From Nitrospinota bacterium (GTDB lineage Bacteria > Nitrospinota_A > UBA7883 > JADGGD01): 64,000 bases of DNA. The stretch's first letter is position 1, and the number at the start of each line of letters is the position of its first letter. The notes under the pieces are model-generated. The model searched no databases and had not been told where the DNA came from. It saw nothing but the letters and a program-made list of their open reading frames with translations. Positions 47,456-59,946 of the stretch are shown here, piece after piece. The DNA lies in the NCBI GenBank assembly GCA_942491805.1, contig CALOCG010000026.1, positions 24,138 through 88,137 on the forward strand. Direction: 5' to 3'. The position numbers and the translations under genes were made by a program.

Positions 47456-48595
47456 TCAGACATCCTCTTCCCCTGACGAAAGTTTTTCGACGTCGCGTAA
47501 CTTCTTCCCCATCACTCTCGTCCGGGTCTCCAACGCTTCGATCTTGCCGTAGGTTTCGTCGACTTTCTTTCGCACATCCTCCACGGCGCCGGTGTACTTT
47601 TCCCACTCGCCACGAATCTCGTGGAGGAGCCGGGCGACTTCTCCTGCCGACTCTCGCACGGCCAGCGTCTTGAACCCGACCTGCAAGCTCGACAGCAAAG
47701 CGGTCAAGGTCACCGGTCCGGCGATGATGACCCGCAGGTCGCGCTGTATTTGCTCGAAGACGCCGGGCAACGACAAGACTTCGGCGTAGAGCCCTTCCGA
47801 CGGAAGGTACATGACGGCGAAGTCGACGGTGACGGGGGGGTTGATATATTTCTCGGAAATCGATTTCCCCTGTTCCTTGATCGCCTTGGCTAACGCCCGT
47901 TTGGCGTCCATGAGGGCGTCGCTGTCCCCGGCGTCGCGAGCGTCGACGAGCCGCGTAAAGTCCTCCACCGGGAACTTGGCGTCGATGGCCAACCGCAATG
48001 GCCCGTCGTCGTCGCCGGGAAGGAGCAGGGCGAACTCGACCCTTTCGCGGCTTCCTTCCCGCACGGCGACGTTGGCTTCGTACTGGCTCGCCGCCATCAT
48101 ATCTTCGAGCAACATCGATAACTGCACCTCGCCCCACCCGCCACGGGTCTTGACGCCGCCGAGAATCTTTTTCAAATCCCCCACGGAGGTCGAGAGATGG
48201 TTGACCTCCTGTAATCCCCGTTGCAATCCTTCCAGCCGTTGGGCGACTTGGCCGAACGACGAGTCGAGCCGTTTGCCGAGGGTTTCGTGCAAGGTCTGGC
48301 CGACGGCGGTTCGTATCTCGCCGAGCCGCGCGTCGCTCCGGCCGGCGTGGGAGTCGAGCCGGGCCAGCAACGCGTCGGTGATCCGTTGCACCTGCGCGGC
48401 CGATTCTTGCCGGGTGAGCGACAGTTCGCTGCGGAGCCTTTCTTCGCTTTCGTCGAGTCGTTCGTCGAGTCGCTCAACGCGGTCGATTCGTCCGCCGAGC
48501 CGCATGAGCGAAACGAAAAGTACCGCAAAGGCGAGAACGCCGAGGAGCGACGGGAGGTGCGGAATATCGGTTATCATGGGAAAAGTATACCTCAT
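47456..48595 (-). CDS. rmuC: DNA recombination protein RmuC
   Basis: N-terminal TM, long coiled-coil, and conserved RmuC C-terminal nuclease-like region (..VEFALLLPG..LAIDAKFP..AVMYLPSEGLY..). The start could instead be ATG 48577. Confidence 0.85.
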   Translation of the reverse strand: MRYTFPMITDIPHLPSLLGVLAFAVLFVSLMRLGGRIDRVERLDERLDESEERLRSELSLTRQESAAQVQRITDALLARLDSHAGRSDARLGEIRTAVGQTLHETLGKRLDSSFGQVAQRLEGLQRGLQEVNHLSTSVGDLKKILGGVKTRGGWGEVQLSMLLEDMMAASQYEANVAVREGSRERVEFALLLPGDDDGPLRLAIDAKFPVEDFTRLVDARDAGDSDALMDAKRALAKAIKEQGKSISEKYINPPVTVDFAVMYLPSEGLYAEVLSLPGVFEQIQRDLRVIIAGPVTLTALLSSLQVGFKTLAVRESAGEVARLLHEIRGEWEKYTGAVEDVRKKVDETYGKIEALETRTRVMGKKLRDVEKLSSGEEDV

Positions 48596-48657
48596 GCCTT
48601 CCGCCCTCGGTTCACGGTATCATGGCGTTTTCACCCGATGATGAGGAGCGGCTTCTT

Positions 48658-49411
48658 ATGAAACCGGTGATTGGTATCACGGTCGATACGGGGGGGGACG
48701 AGCTTGACGCCGTCGGCGACACTCCAACGACGCCCTATTTTTGGCTGAAACGAAATTACGTCAACGCGGTGACCACGGCCGGGGGTATCCCGTTGATGCT
48801 CCCGATTCTCGAGGGATCAAAGGGGACGGATCGCTATCTCGACATGATCGACGGGCTTCTCATCTCCGGTGGCGACTTCGATATCGAACCGTCGCGCTAC
48901 GGCGATGAGCGACTCCCCCAATGCGCGGCGCCGAAACCCGATCGGACGGCGATGGAGTTCGCTCTCTATCGGGGAGCGATCGAACGGGGGATGCCGGTTC
49001 TGGGTGTCTGCGGGGGGCATCAGGTGATTGCGGTCGCTCATAAGGGGACGCTCTACCAAGATGTGCCGACGCAAGAGCCGACGGCGATACGCCATTCACA
49101 AAGCCCGATACCGCCGTCGCAATCGAGCCACACTGTCCGTCTCTCGCCCGATTCTCTCTTGGCGAAGATCACCGGCAAGAAAACGCTGAAGGTGAATTCG
49201 ACGCATCACCAGTCGGTGAAATCGGTCGGCGAGGGGGTAGCAGTGGAGGGTCGCTCTCCTGACGGGTTGATCGAGGCGATCTCCCTTACCCCTCCTTCGG
49301 GGAGCTGGGTGGTGGGGGTCCAGTGGCACCCGGAAGCGCTCTATCCGACCGACGAACCGAGCCGCAAACTGTTCGCCCGGTTCATGCGCGCGAGGGAAGA
49401 AAATACCATAA
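48658..49411 (+). CDS. class I glutamine amidotransferase-like, peptidase C26 (gamma-glutamyl-GABA hydrolase-like); 3' end uncertain
   Basis: GVCGGHQ nucleophile elbow, HHQ, VQWHPE. Homology ends near ..LFARFMRARE (~49400), but the frame has no stop until 49908, deep in the antisense of purU. A +1-frame TAA lies at 49409-49411. Confidence 0.7.
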
Positions 49412-49524
49412 GAGTGGCTGAGGGGTGGGTATACCTTGGCGGCATGCATAAGCTATTCGACGGTCTTCTACCGGCGAAGCGTCTCTCGAAGAAGTCGTGC
49501 GGACTTCGTCCGCGGGGAGCGCCG

Positions 49525-50382
49525 CTACTTGAATATTACGGTTCGGGCGCCATACCGGACGATCTTCCGTTCGGCGAATTTCCGCAAGGCCGTGTAAAAA
49601 ACCGATCGTTCAGTCTCGCGTCCGATTTCTCGCAACATCGGGGTGGAGTGGCTGTGATCGACAGGACGAACTTCCTGTGCGATGATCGGTCCGGCGTCGA
49701 GGTCGGCGGTGACAAAGTGGGCGGTGGCGCCGATGATCTTCACCCCGCGTTGGTACGCTTGCCCATAGGGGTCGGCTCCGGCGAAGGCGGGGAGGAACGA
49801 ATGGTGTACGTTGACGATGCGATCGCTCCACTCGGCGACGAATTCTGGCGAAAGTATGCGCATGTAGCGGGCAAGACCGATGCAATCGATCCGATATTCC
49901 CGCAGTAATTCTCGCTGCCGCAATTCCACTTCCCCTCTCTCGTCAAACGGAATGTGAAAGAAGGGGACGCCGAATTTCTCGGCCAGATCCCGGGCGTGGG
50001 GTTGGTTGCCGATGACCAGCGGAATGTCGAAAGGTAATGACCCCAAGCGCCACTGCACCAACGCTTCGGCGAGACAATGCGGTTCTTTTGAAACGAATAA
50101 CGCCAGCCGATCCCGTTCGTTGGCGGCGCTGATCTGAAAGGTCATCTTCAACGGTGCGGCGACGGACGCGAACGTTTCGCCGAACGCCGCCAAGGGGATG
50201 GCGAATTGCGCCATGTCCCAGACGACCCGCATGAAAAAGGTGTCGACCTCTTGATCGACGAACTGTTCCAGCTCCAATACGTTGCCGCCGTTCTCGTCGA
50301 GGAACCGGGTGACGGCGTGGACGATCCCTTTCCGGTCGGGGGCGGTGATCCGAAGAATGGCGGCGTTGGGCCGGTCGTTCAT
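49525..50382 (-). CDS. purU: formyltetrahydrofolate deformylase
   Basis: N-terminal ACT domain (ILRITAPDRKGIVHAVTRFL) plus formyltransferase domain (..IVNVHHSFLPAFAGA..GATAHFVT..LDAGPII). ATG at 50382. Confidence 0.9.
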   Translation of the reverse strand: MNDRPNAAILRITAPDRKGIVHAVTRFLDENGGNVLELEQFVDQEVDTFFMRVVWDMAQFAIPLAAFGETFASVAAPLKMTFQISAANERDRLALFVSKEPHCLAEALVQWRLGSLPFDIPLVIGNQPHARDLAEKFGVPFFHIPFDERGEVELRQRELLREYRIDCIGLARYMRILSPEFVAEWSDRIVNVHHSFLPAFAGADPYGQAYQRGVKIIGATAHFVTADLDAGPIIAQEVRPVDHSHSTPMLREIGRETERSVFYTALRKFAERKIVRYGARTVIFK

Positions 50383-50756
50383 GACGGTGTGGTATCCAAA
50401 ACGCCAAGGATACGACGGAATCCGGCTTCGTGACGTCTCCCTTCTTCGGCCAACGATCCGAGGAGATCGGCGAAGGCCCCTCTCCCCACCGGATGAGCGA
50501 CGATTTCGCACCGCTCGTCGGCTTCTCCCTCTCGCTTGATGGCGAAGGGGAGTATCGCTTCTCGGGTCATATATCAATTCTTTCGCTCGGTTTCGTCCAG
50601 AGTATCATTCGGCGTCGTTTTAAATCCACTCCCCCTTTTTGGCGCCGTCGCAAAAAAACGCTCAAGCATTTCGTCGGTCGATCCGAAAAGAAATCATAAG
50701 CTGACAAGGATTGTCGGACGGTTCCACCAAAGGGGCCTTGCGCAAGGAGCGGTATT

Positions 50757-50990
50757 ATGGCGTCATTGCAAGATTCTGATTTTAACGTCGTCCTGTCGAA
50801 CATCGAACGTCTTTGCCTCGAATATCACCGGATGCAAAACCCTTATATGACTCGGCTTGTCAGCCATCGACAAGGGTTGATCAGCGAGGCGTTTCATCGA
50901 ATAAAAGAGGTGACCGATCTCGACGAGGCCTATTCGATGGCCGACCGTCTGACCGGTCTCTTGCGGAGCAGCAACAAAGGGTTCGCCTGA
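50757..50990 (+). CDS. small hypothetical protein (77 aa)
   Basis: AAGGAG lies 7 nt before the ATG. GC is lower than in neighbours. Predicted helical; no recognisable family. Confidence 0.4.
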   Translation: MASLQDSDFNVVLSNIERLCLEYHRMQNPYMTRLVSHRQGLISEAFHRIKEVTDLDEAYSMADRLTGLLRSSNKGFA

Positions 50991-51135
50991 CCGTTATTAC
51001 GGGAACCACGTATTAGGGTTGGCTTCACATGGATCGTGACCGCCCGAAGGTTTTGGGTTTGGGACTTCTTTCCTCCCTTGGCAAGTCGCTCCCGTTCTCA
51101 CCATTCGGATAGGGGATAACACCTCTCTCCACAAA

Positions 51136-51169
51136 AGAGCCGCCTAGGCGTAGGCGGCTCTTTTTATTT
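51136..51169 (+). terminator. strong hairpin terminator, usable in both directions
   Basis: agagccgccta-ggcg-taggcggctct, flanked by caaaa upstream and tttttattt downstream. Confidence 0.7.
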
Positions 51170-51289
51170 GCCTGCCGTGATCACAAAAAGCCGCGTTCTT
51201 CGCACGCTCTGGACTGGATCGGTGAAGGTGGACACGTAGAGACTCCGCTATTCAGCCTACCGTAATCGCAAAAAGCCGCGGTCTTCGCA

Positions 51290-51323
51290 CCCCCGGCAGT
51301 CGTTCTGGTTTCCATTCCGGGGG
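51290..51323. repeat. 34-bp hairpin element (cccccgg-N20-ccggggg), copy 2
   Basis: Arms are identical to the copy at 44269 and 13 of 20 loop positions match (hand alignment). It is inserted in the second of two 26-bp direct repeats, atc[a/g]caaaaagccgcg[t/g]tcttcgcac (51180 and 51265). Confidence 0.65.
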
Positions 51324-51360
51324 CATTTTCACGTCCGGCATCGTTCGGTGAAGTCGCCGT

Positions 51361-51394
51361 AAAATAAAAACCCCCAAGCCGGAAGGCTCGGGGG
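51361..51394 (-). terminator. rho-independent terminator of the atp operon
   Basis: Minus strand reads cccccgagcc-ttcc-ggcttggggg followed by tttttatttt, about 25 nt after the atpC stop. Confidence 0.8.
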
Positions 51395-51417
51395 CGCCTG
51401 ATCGTTTCGACGATCGC

Positions 51418-51852
51418 TTAATGATCGTAACCTTCTCCACGGGCGAGAGCCAACCGCGCCTCGGCCCGGTTCAACTCATGTTCCGCTTCGGGACGGGTCG
51501 CGTCGTCGAGGCTCATCGCCTCGAGCCGGGTAGCGGCGTCGTCACGAGCTTTGGTGGCCCGGTCGATATCGACGGCGTCTTTCGTTTCGCAGGTCCGGGC
51601 CAACACGTTGACACCGGTCTGGTGCACTTCGACATATCCCCCCGACACGGCGTAGGCGCGGGGCATCCCCCCCTCTTCGAACCGGATGAGACCGGGGCGC
51701 AGTTGGGTGAAAAACGGGCTATGCCCCGGCAGAACGCCGAATTCCCCTTCGGCGCCGGGGAGCGAAACCAGCTCGACGGTGGTTTCGGCCACGGAGCCGG
51801 TAGGGGTGACGATCTGGAGCGATATTTCGCCGCTGTCGGTCGTTTCAGCCAT
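51418..51852 (-). CDS. atpC: F1 ATP synthase subunit epsilon
   Basis: 144 aa; LQIVTPTGSV...GVLPGH motif; follows atpD. Confidence 0.9.
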   Translation of the reverse strand: MAETTDSGEISLQIVTPTGSVAETTVELVSLPGAEGEFGVLPGHSPFFTQLRPGLIRFEEGGMPRAYAVSGGYVEVHQTGVNVLARTCETKDAVDIDRATKARDDAATRLEAMSLDDATRPEAEHELNRAEARLALARGEGYDH

Positions 51853-51855
51853 GGC

Positions 51856-53337
<1,482 letters not shown>

Positions 53338-53342
53338 TCACT

Positions 53343-54226
53343 CTATCCTTCAAGGGCGTCGGCGCCGGAGACCACTTCGGTGAGCTCGGTGGTGATGGCG
53401 GCCTGACGGGCCTTGTTGTAGGAGAGGGTGAGGGCTTCGATCATTTCTTTGGCGTTTCTGGTGGCCGAGTCCATGGCGGTCATCCGTGCGCCGTTCTCCG
53501 AGGCGGCCGATTCGAGCAGCCCCTGAAATATCTGGTTTTCGACATACAAGGTGATAACCCCGTCGAGCACCGATTCGGGCGACGGTTCGTATTCGTAATC
53601 GACGGCGTCTTCATCGGTCCGGGAGGATTCTTCGTCCCGCGTGGCGACCGATTGGATCGGCAGAAGCTGAATCGTCTGGGGAACCTGGACGACGACGTTC
53701 CTGAACTTGTTGTAGATCAGGTAGACGCGATCGGCCTTCTCTTCTTCGAACGCTTTCACCGCCTCGTCGACGACCTCACGGGCGTAGTCGATGGTCAGGT
53801 TCTTGGTGTAGTCGAGATGGCGGCTGACGATCGGGTGAGGGCGCTTCTTGAAGAAGTCGATCCCTTTCTTGCCGACGATCACGAAGGAGATTTCTTTCCC
53901 TTCGTTATCGGCGATCACCTGTTGGGCCGCCTTCAGCACGTTGGTGTTGAACGGCCCGCACAGCCCCTTGTCGCCGGAGCAGAGGACGATGAGCACCTTT
54001 TCAACATCCCGCCGCTTGAGCAGGGGATGGCTTTCGGTGTCGGCCTTGGCGGAGAGCCGTTCCATGACCTCCTGGATCTTGTCGGAGTAGGGGCGGGCGG
54101 AAGCGACCGCCTCTTGGGCGCGGCGCAGACGGGCCGCCGATGCGATCTGACTCATCGCGGAGGTGATCTTCCGCGTGTTCTTGACCGACGCGATGCGGTC
54201 GTCGAGATTTCCTTGAGGTTCGCCAT
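53343..54226 (-). CDS. atpG: F1 ATP synthase subunit gamma (one frameshift ~20 nt after the start)
   Basis: ATG at 54226 gives MANLKEI. The conserved ..LDDRIASVKNTRKITSAMSQIASAARLRRAQ continues in the frame of track ORF 53343..54155 after a 1-nt shift near 54205. Confidence 0.85.
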
Positions 54227-54275
54227 CGCGTTAGCTCGAGATCGGGTCGGAGCGGTGCAGGAAGGGGCGTGGCGC

Positions 54276-55808
<1,533 letters not shown>

Positions 55809-55838
55809 TCTTCTCTTAAGCCTCTTGCTCTCTTCTGG

Positions 55839-56372
55839 TTACCGCTGGGCTCTCAGGGCGTCCAGCTGGTTTTTCACGCTTCCGTCGTACACCACACTCC
55901 CGATGCGGGTGACCACCCCACCGATCAGCGCCGCATCGACCGACACCTCCACCACCGCCTCTTTGCCGGTAAAGGCCGAGAGGCGTTGGACCAACGACTC
56001 ACGGTCCGCTTGAGACAATTCGACGGCGGACGTCACTTCCACTTTCACCTTGCCCATGGCGGCGAACGCCTCGGCGGCAAGCTCTTCGGCCAATGCGGGA
56101 AGGAGATCCATCCGCCCATTGGTTTTCAACAACTCGGCCAACCGCCGGGTCTCGGTAGAGACGTTGACGGCGGTCAACACGGCGTCCAAGGCGCCCGATT
56201 TCTCCTCTGCGGAGAAGGCGGGGCTCCCGGTGACGTTTCTCCAATCGCGGCTCTCCTCCCACATCCGGGCGAGCGCGGTGATTTCGTCGGTCAAACGGGA
56301 CAAGACGACCCGGTCGGCATAGGTCTCGACGCAGGCGACGGCGTATCGTTTGGCGATCAGGGTCTCTTTCAA
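55839..56372 (-). CDS. atpH: F1 ATP synthase subunit delta (OSCP)
   Basis: 177 aa with C-terminal ..[22 protein letters not shown] motif; position between atpF and atpA. Confidence 0.9.
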   Translation of the reverse strand: MKETLIAKRYAVACVETYADRVVLSRLTDEITALARMWEESRDWRNVTGSPAFSAEEKSGALDAVLTAVNVSTETRRLAELLKTNGRMDLLPALAEELAAEAFAAMGKVKVEVTSAVELSQADRESLVQRLSAFTGKEAVVEVSVDAALIGGVVTRIGSVVYDGSVKNQLDALRAQR

Positions 56373-56941
56373 TTCATCCCCTCCAGCTTCGTCAGGTACC
56401 CTTCGACGAGCCGTTTCTGGTCGTCGGGGCCGAAGGATTTTTTGATGATCTCTTCCGCCATATCGACGGCGACGGTCATCGCCTCTCGGCGAAGCCGGTC
56501 GCGGGCCTGCTCGGCTTCGAGTTCGATCTGCCCGGCCGCTTTAGCGACAAGGGCTTCGGCTTCTTCTTTGGCTTGGGCCACGGCGGCGTTTTTCAGTTTC
56601 TCGGCGTCGCCCCTGGCTTCGGCCCGCATCCGGTCGGCCTCTTGAGCCACCTCGGCGACTTTCTTTTTTATTTCAGCCAGCCGGGCTTCGGCGTCGACCT
56701 TGGCTTTTTCGAGCGCGGCCCGCTGGGCGGCGATCTCGGTGACCCGCTCGGCCAGCATCGGCACGAGGAATCGTCTAATCAGATAGACCACCCCGGCGAA
56801 GATGACCAAGGCATTGAAGATGCGTGCGCCATCGAGACGCCAGGTCCACTCTTCGGCGAACTGAAGCCCACCCTCGTTGGCGAAGGCGGTTCCGGCGACG
56901 GACAGAAGGGCGAAGGAGGCAAGGGTTAGCGAGCGGACCAT
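56369..56941 (-). CDS. atpF: Fo ATP synthase subunit b
   Basis: 190 aa. N-terminal TM followed by a long A/E/K-rich helix; overlaps atpH by 4 nt. Confidence 0.85.
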   Translation of the reverse strand: MVRSLTLASFALLSVAGTAFANEGGLQFAEEWTWRLDGARIFNALVIFAGVVYLIRRFLVPMLAERVTEIAAQRAALEKAKVDAEARLAEIKKKVAEVAQEADRMRAEARGDAEKLKNAAVAQAKEEAEALVAKAAGQIELEAEQARDRLRREAMTVAVDMAEEIIKKSFGPDDQKRLVEGYLTKLEGMN

Positions 56942-57366
56942 CAGACGTTCCTCCCAAGCAACCGACCGGCCAACGTGGCGGCGAACCCTTCGGCGTCTTT
57001 GGTCAGCTGGGTCGAGGCGGTGTTGACGTCGGCGGCGATGATGTCGCGGGCGGCGGTTACCTTGCCGTTGAACTCTTCGCGAGCCGACGCTATCAGCGCG
57101 GCGGTCTCTTTGGCGGCTTCGGTCCGGGCGTGGGCGACGATCTCGGCTGTTTCGTGGCGGATGTCGACGAGGGCCTTTTCGTATTGTTCGGCGAGGGTGT
57201 CCCCCTCTGCGCCGGCGCCTTTACCCTCTTGTTCCAAGTCGGCCAAACGACGTTGTCGTTCTTCGTAGGCGGCCAATGTCGGCTGGAAGATGAGGACGTT
57301 CATCAGCGTCAGCAGCACGAGAAAGTTCACCGCCTGCATGGCGATGGTCCAGTCAATGTTAATCAT
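56941..57366 (-). CDS. Fo ATP synthase subunit b'
   Basis: 141 aa. TM (AMQAVNFLVLLTLMNVLIF) plus a charged helix; second b-type subunit immediately upstream of atpF. Confidence 0.8.
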   Translation of the reverse strand: MINIDWTIAMQAVNFLVLLTLMNVLIFQPTLAAYEERQRRLADLEQEGKGAGAEGDTLAEQYEKALVDIRHETAEIVAHARTEAAKETAALIASAREEFNGKVTAARDIIAADVNTASTQLTKDAEGFAATLAGRLLGRNV

Positions 57367-57579
57367 GCTCTCACCAAATTTAAACCGTGCTTCAACAGAC
57401 GGGAGCCTACATAAGGCTATCCGGGTGACGAAGCGAATCCTGATTTTTTGAAGGGTCGATTCTAGTCCGAACCCGCCACGTTTTCAATGCAAATCAGAGT
57501 TCACTCTCGAATTGGGCCACGAGAGGACGCAAAGGCGGGGGCGCGCCACTGAGCGACGCCCCGTCCGGTATTCATCTTA

Positions 57580-57656
57580 TGGGGTGAGTGACGGGGCTTG
57601 AACCCGCGACGTCCTGAACCACAATCAGGTGCTCTACCAGCTGAGCTACACCCACC
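57580..57656 (-). tRNA. tRNA-His (anticodon GTG) with G-1 and encoded CCA
   Basis: Folded by hand: G-1, acceptor GTGGGTG/CACTCAC, D arm GCTC-AGCTGGTA-GAGC, anticodon arm CCTGA-TTGTGGT-TCAGG, T arm GCGGG-TTCAAGC-CCCGT, then C73-CCA. Confidence 0.95.
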
Positions 57657-57789
57657 ACAGAAACGAAGGGGTGAATGTATACCAACGGCTGATGAAAATC
57701 AACAACCCTTTCGCCCCCTCACGGGTGTCCGGCCCCCATCGTTAATACGTGGGCGCAATCATCGACCGGTTAAGGAGCGCTGCGCGCAT

Positions 57790-58200
57790 TCAGAGCGATT
57801 GTCCGAGCTCCCGTATCCGGTTCGCTCGTTCGGGGCGCCGTTCCGGCTTCGGCTCGCTTTGGCTCCGGGTTTCCCCATTGAACGAACGGCGCCACCACTG
57901 TTCATACTCGTTGCGACTCATCTCCCGTTTCGGTTCGCCGATCCCGGCGCGGGCCGGATCGAGATCGGCGTCGATCCCACGGGTGAGGAGCCGGTAGGCG
58001 GCGGTCACCTCCCGGAACCGAACGGTCATGGCGCGCGCGTTGTCGGTGGCGTCGGGGTGATAGCGTCGGGCGAGTTTGTGATAGGCGCGGCTGATCGCCT
58101 TTCGACCGGCGGTCTCGTCGACGTCGAGGATCGCGCGGGCGAGGGTCTCTTTCTCCCGCAGGTCGCGGCGCCAATCGTCGAAGGGGAGTTCGTTCTTCAC
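57790..58200 (-). CDS. J-domain (DnaJ-like) protein
   Basis: ..ISRAYHKLARRYHPDA.. HPD motif in a ~70-aa J domain. The C-terminal 60 aa are basic and of low complexity. Confidence 0.75.
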   Translation of the reverse strand: MKNELPFDDWRRDLREKETLARAILDVDETAGRKAISRAYHKLARRYHPDATDNARAMTVRFREVTAAYRLLTRGIDADLDPARAGIGEPKREMSRNEYEQWWRRSFNGETRSQSEPKPERRPERANRIRELGQSL

Positions 58201-58292
58201 GGCTTTATCTCACACGATAAGCGTCGGAGCCATTGACCTGCCGGGAAGGGCTCTTCCGGAATGACGGCAGGCGAAGGCCACCGGCAAGGGTG

Positions 58293-58829
58293 TCACTCGC
58301 CGCCGTGGTCTTGGGGATGGCCCAGTCTCTTTTCCATCACATGGTCGTCCATGATAAAACCGCCGCCGATATCGACCACCTGATCCCGCAGGATCTTGTA
58401 GCCCCAGTTTTTGTACGCCTCCACCGCTCCATGGTTCTCCCGGTTGACCGTCAGCCGAAGCTTCCCGGCGTTAAGCCGAGCCGCCTCGTCCTCCAACGCC
58501 CGTTGCGCCCCCCAGCCGACCCCCTTCTTCCGGGCTCGCTCCTCCAGATAGAACTTGCCGACGAACAACGATCCGGTGGCCGGTTCGTGCGTAAAGGCCA
58601 GATACCCCATCTTCGCGTCTCCCACTTCGTACGTCGCTTCGATCCAGAAATAGCGAGTTCCCGCAGCTCTCTGTTCGGCGATCGCCTCTTGGCTCTGGAA
58701 CCGCTCGACCATGTAGTCGACCTGCTCCTGCCCGATAAGGGCGGGGAAATATTCGTTCCATATACGGGCCGCCATGGCGGCCAGATCGTCCAGTTCTTCG
58801 TCTTTTACTTCGACAAGGCGTACGCTCAT
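58293..58829 (-). CDS. GNAT family N-acetyltransferase
   Basis: 178 aa from ATG 58829, with AGGAG 9 nt upstream. Acetyl-CoA motif ARKKGVGWGAQRALEDEA. Confidence 0.8.
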   Translation of the reverse strand: MSVRLVEVKDEELDDLAAMAARIWNEYFPALIGQEQVDYMVERFQSQEAIAEQRAAGTRYFWIEATYEVGDAKMGYLAFTHEPATGSLFVGKFYLEERARKKGVGWGAQRALEDEAARLNAGKLRLTVNRENHGAVEAYKNWGYKILRDQVVDIGGGFIMDDHVMEKRLGHPQDHGGE

Positions 58830-58908
58830 GAGGGGAACTCCTGTGGGGTGGCGGGGACGTCTCTCCATTACAAATCGAAATGAACGACTTGTAAAGATTG
58901 ACAACGTA

Positions 58909-58936
58909 CAAAAAAAACCGCCCCCGAAGGAGCGGC
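58909..58936 (-). terminator. rho-independent terminator downstream of the BI-1 family gene
   Basis: Minus strand reads ccgctcc-ttcg-ggggcgg followed by tttttttt. Confidence 0.7.
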
Positions 58937-58969
58937 CCTTTGGTATCGGCGAAAGAGACCTACCAGGGT

Positions 58970-59103
58970 GTGGAAAAACGTTTTCGAGCGCCCCCGGCAC
59001 GAGCGAGAAAGCGGAGCGTATGTGGGAATACGTGAGCATGGCGTACGTAAGTACTTCGAGCGACGTTTCGACACCCCGGAGCCAACGCAGATAGTTTTTC
59101 CAC
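58970..59103. repeat. MITE-like intergenic element, copy 2 (134 bp)
   Basis: Perfect 10-bp terminal inverted repeats gtggaaaaac / gtttttccac. It has the same left 16-mer and right 20-mer as copy 1 at 27885..27991, with a diverged centre carrying matching islands (aagcggag, gcatgg, cgagc, cgacacc). Confidence 0.7.
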
Positions 59104-59109
59104 GGCCTG

Positions 59110-59850
59110 CTACTCCCGGTTCCCCATGAGGCGGAGAATAAAGATGAACATGTTGATGAAGTCGAGGTAGAGCGACAACGCGCCGCTGATGGCCATCCGC
59201 TGGGCCATGGCGCCGTCCGCCCCGGCGTAGGCGCCCATGCTCTTGATCCGCTGGGTGTCCCACGCGGTAAGGCCGGCGAAGATCAAGACCCCCATCACCG
59301 AGATGGCGAAGTTCATGGCCGAACTGGCCATGAAGATGTTGACGACCGAAGCGATGATGATCCCGAACAGCCCGACCATCAGGAACGATCCGACGGGGCC
59401 GAGGTCGCGTTTGGTGGCGTAGCCGTACATCGACAAGGCGCCGAAAGCCCCGGCGGTGACGATGAAAGCCTGTGCCACGGAGGCGCCGGTGTAGGCGTAG
59501 AGGATCAGCGAGAGGGTGAGCCCGTTGAGAGCGGCGTAGCCCATGAAAACCGACATGGCGGTCATCAGGCTCATGTTCATGATCCGGGCCGAGAGCCAGA
59601 AGACAAGGCCGAGCTCGACGAGCATCAACGGGAAGAAGACGATCGGCTGCGCCACCATGGCCAGCAACGCTTCGTCGGCGAGGGTGATGGCCGCGACCAA
59701 GGCGGTGAGCGCAAGACCGCCGGTCATCCAACCGTAAACCTTCGACATGAACCGGGCGGATTCGGTGGCGGTGGCGGTGGCGGTGGCGCGGGTCGACCCG
59801 AATGCGCCGGGGACGTTGTTCTGTTCGAACATCAGCTGTAAGACCTCCAA
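59110..59850 (-). CDS. Bax inhibitor-1 / YccA family membrane protein
   Basis: 246 aa with seven hydrophobic segments; conserved C-terminal ..ALSLYLDFINMFIFILRLMG. Confidence 0.85.
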   Translation of the reverse strand: MEVLQLMFEQNNVPGAFGSTRATATATATESARFMSKVYGWMTGGLALTALVAAITLADEALLAMVAQPIVFFPLMLVELGLVFWLSARIMNMSLMTAMSVFMGYAALNGLTLSLILYAYTGASVAQAFIVTAGAFGALSMYGYATKRDLGPVGSFLMVGLFGIIIASVVNIFMASSAMNFAISVMGVLIFAGLTAWDTQRIKSMGAYAGADGAMAQRMAISGALSLYLDFINMFIFILRLMGNRE

Positions 59851-59946
59851 AGGTGTAGTGCCGTTCTCTTATTGTATGGCATCGGGTCGTCGCAGAGTCA
59901 AGCGGTCGAATGTTTCAAACGGTAACGAAGTCGTTATAATCACCCG

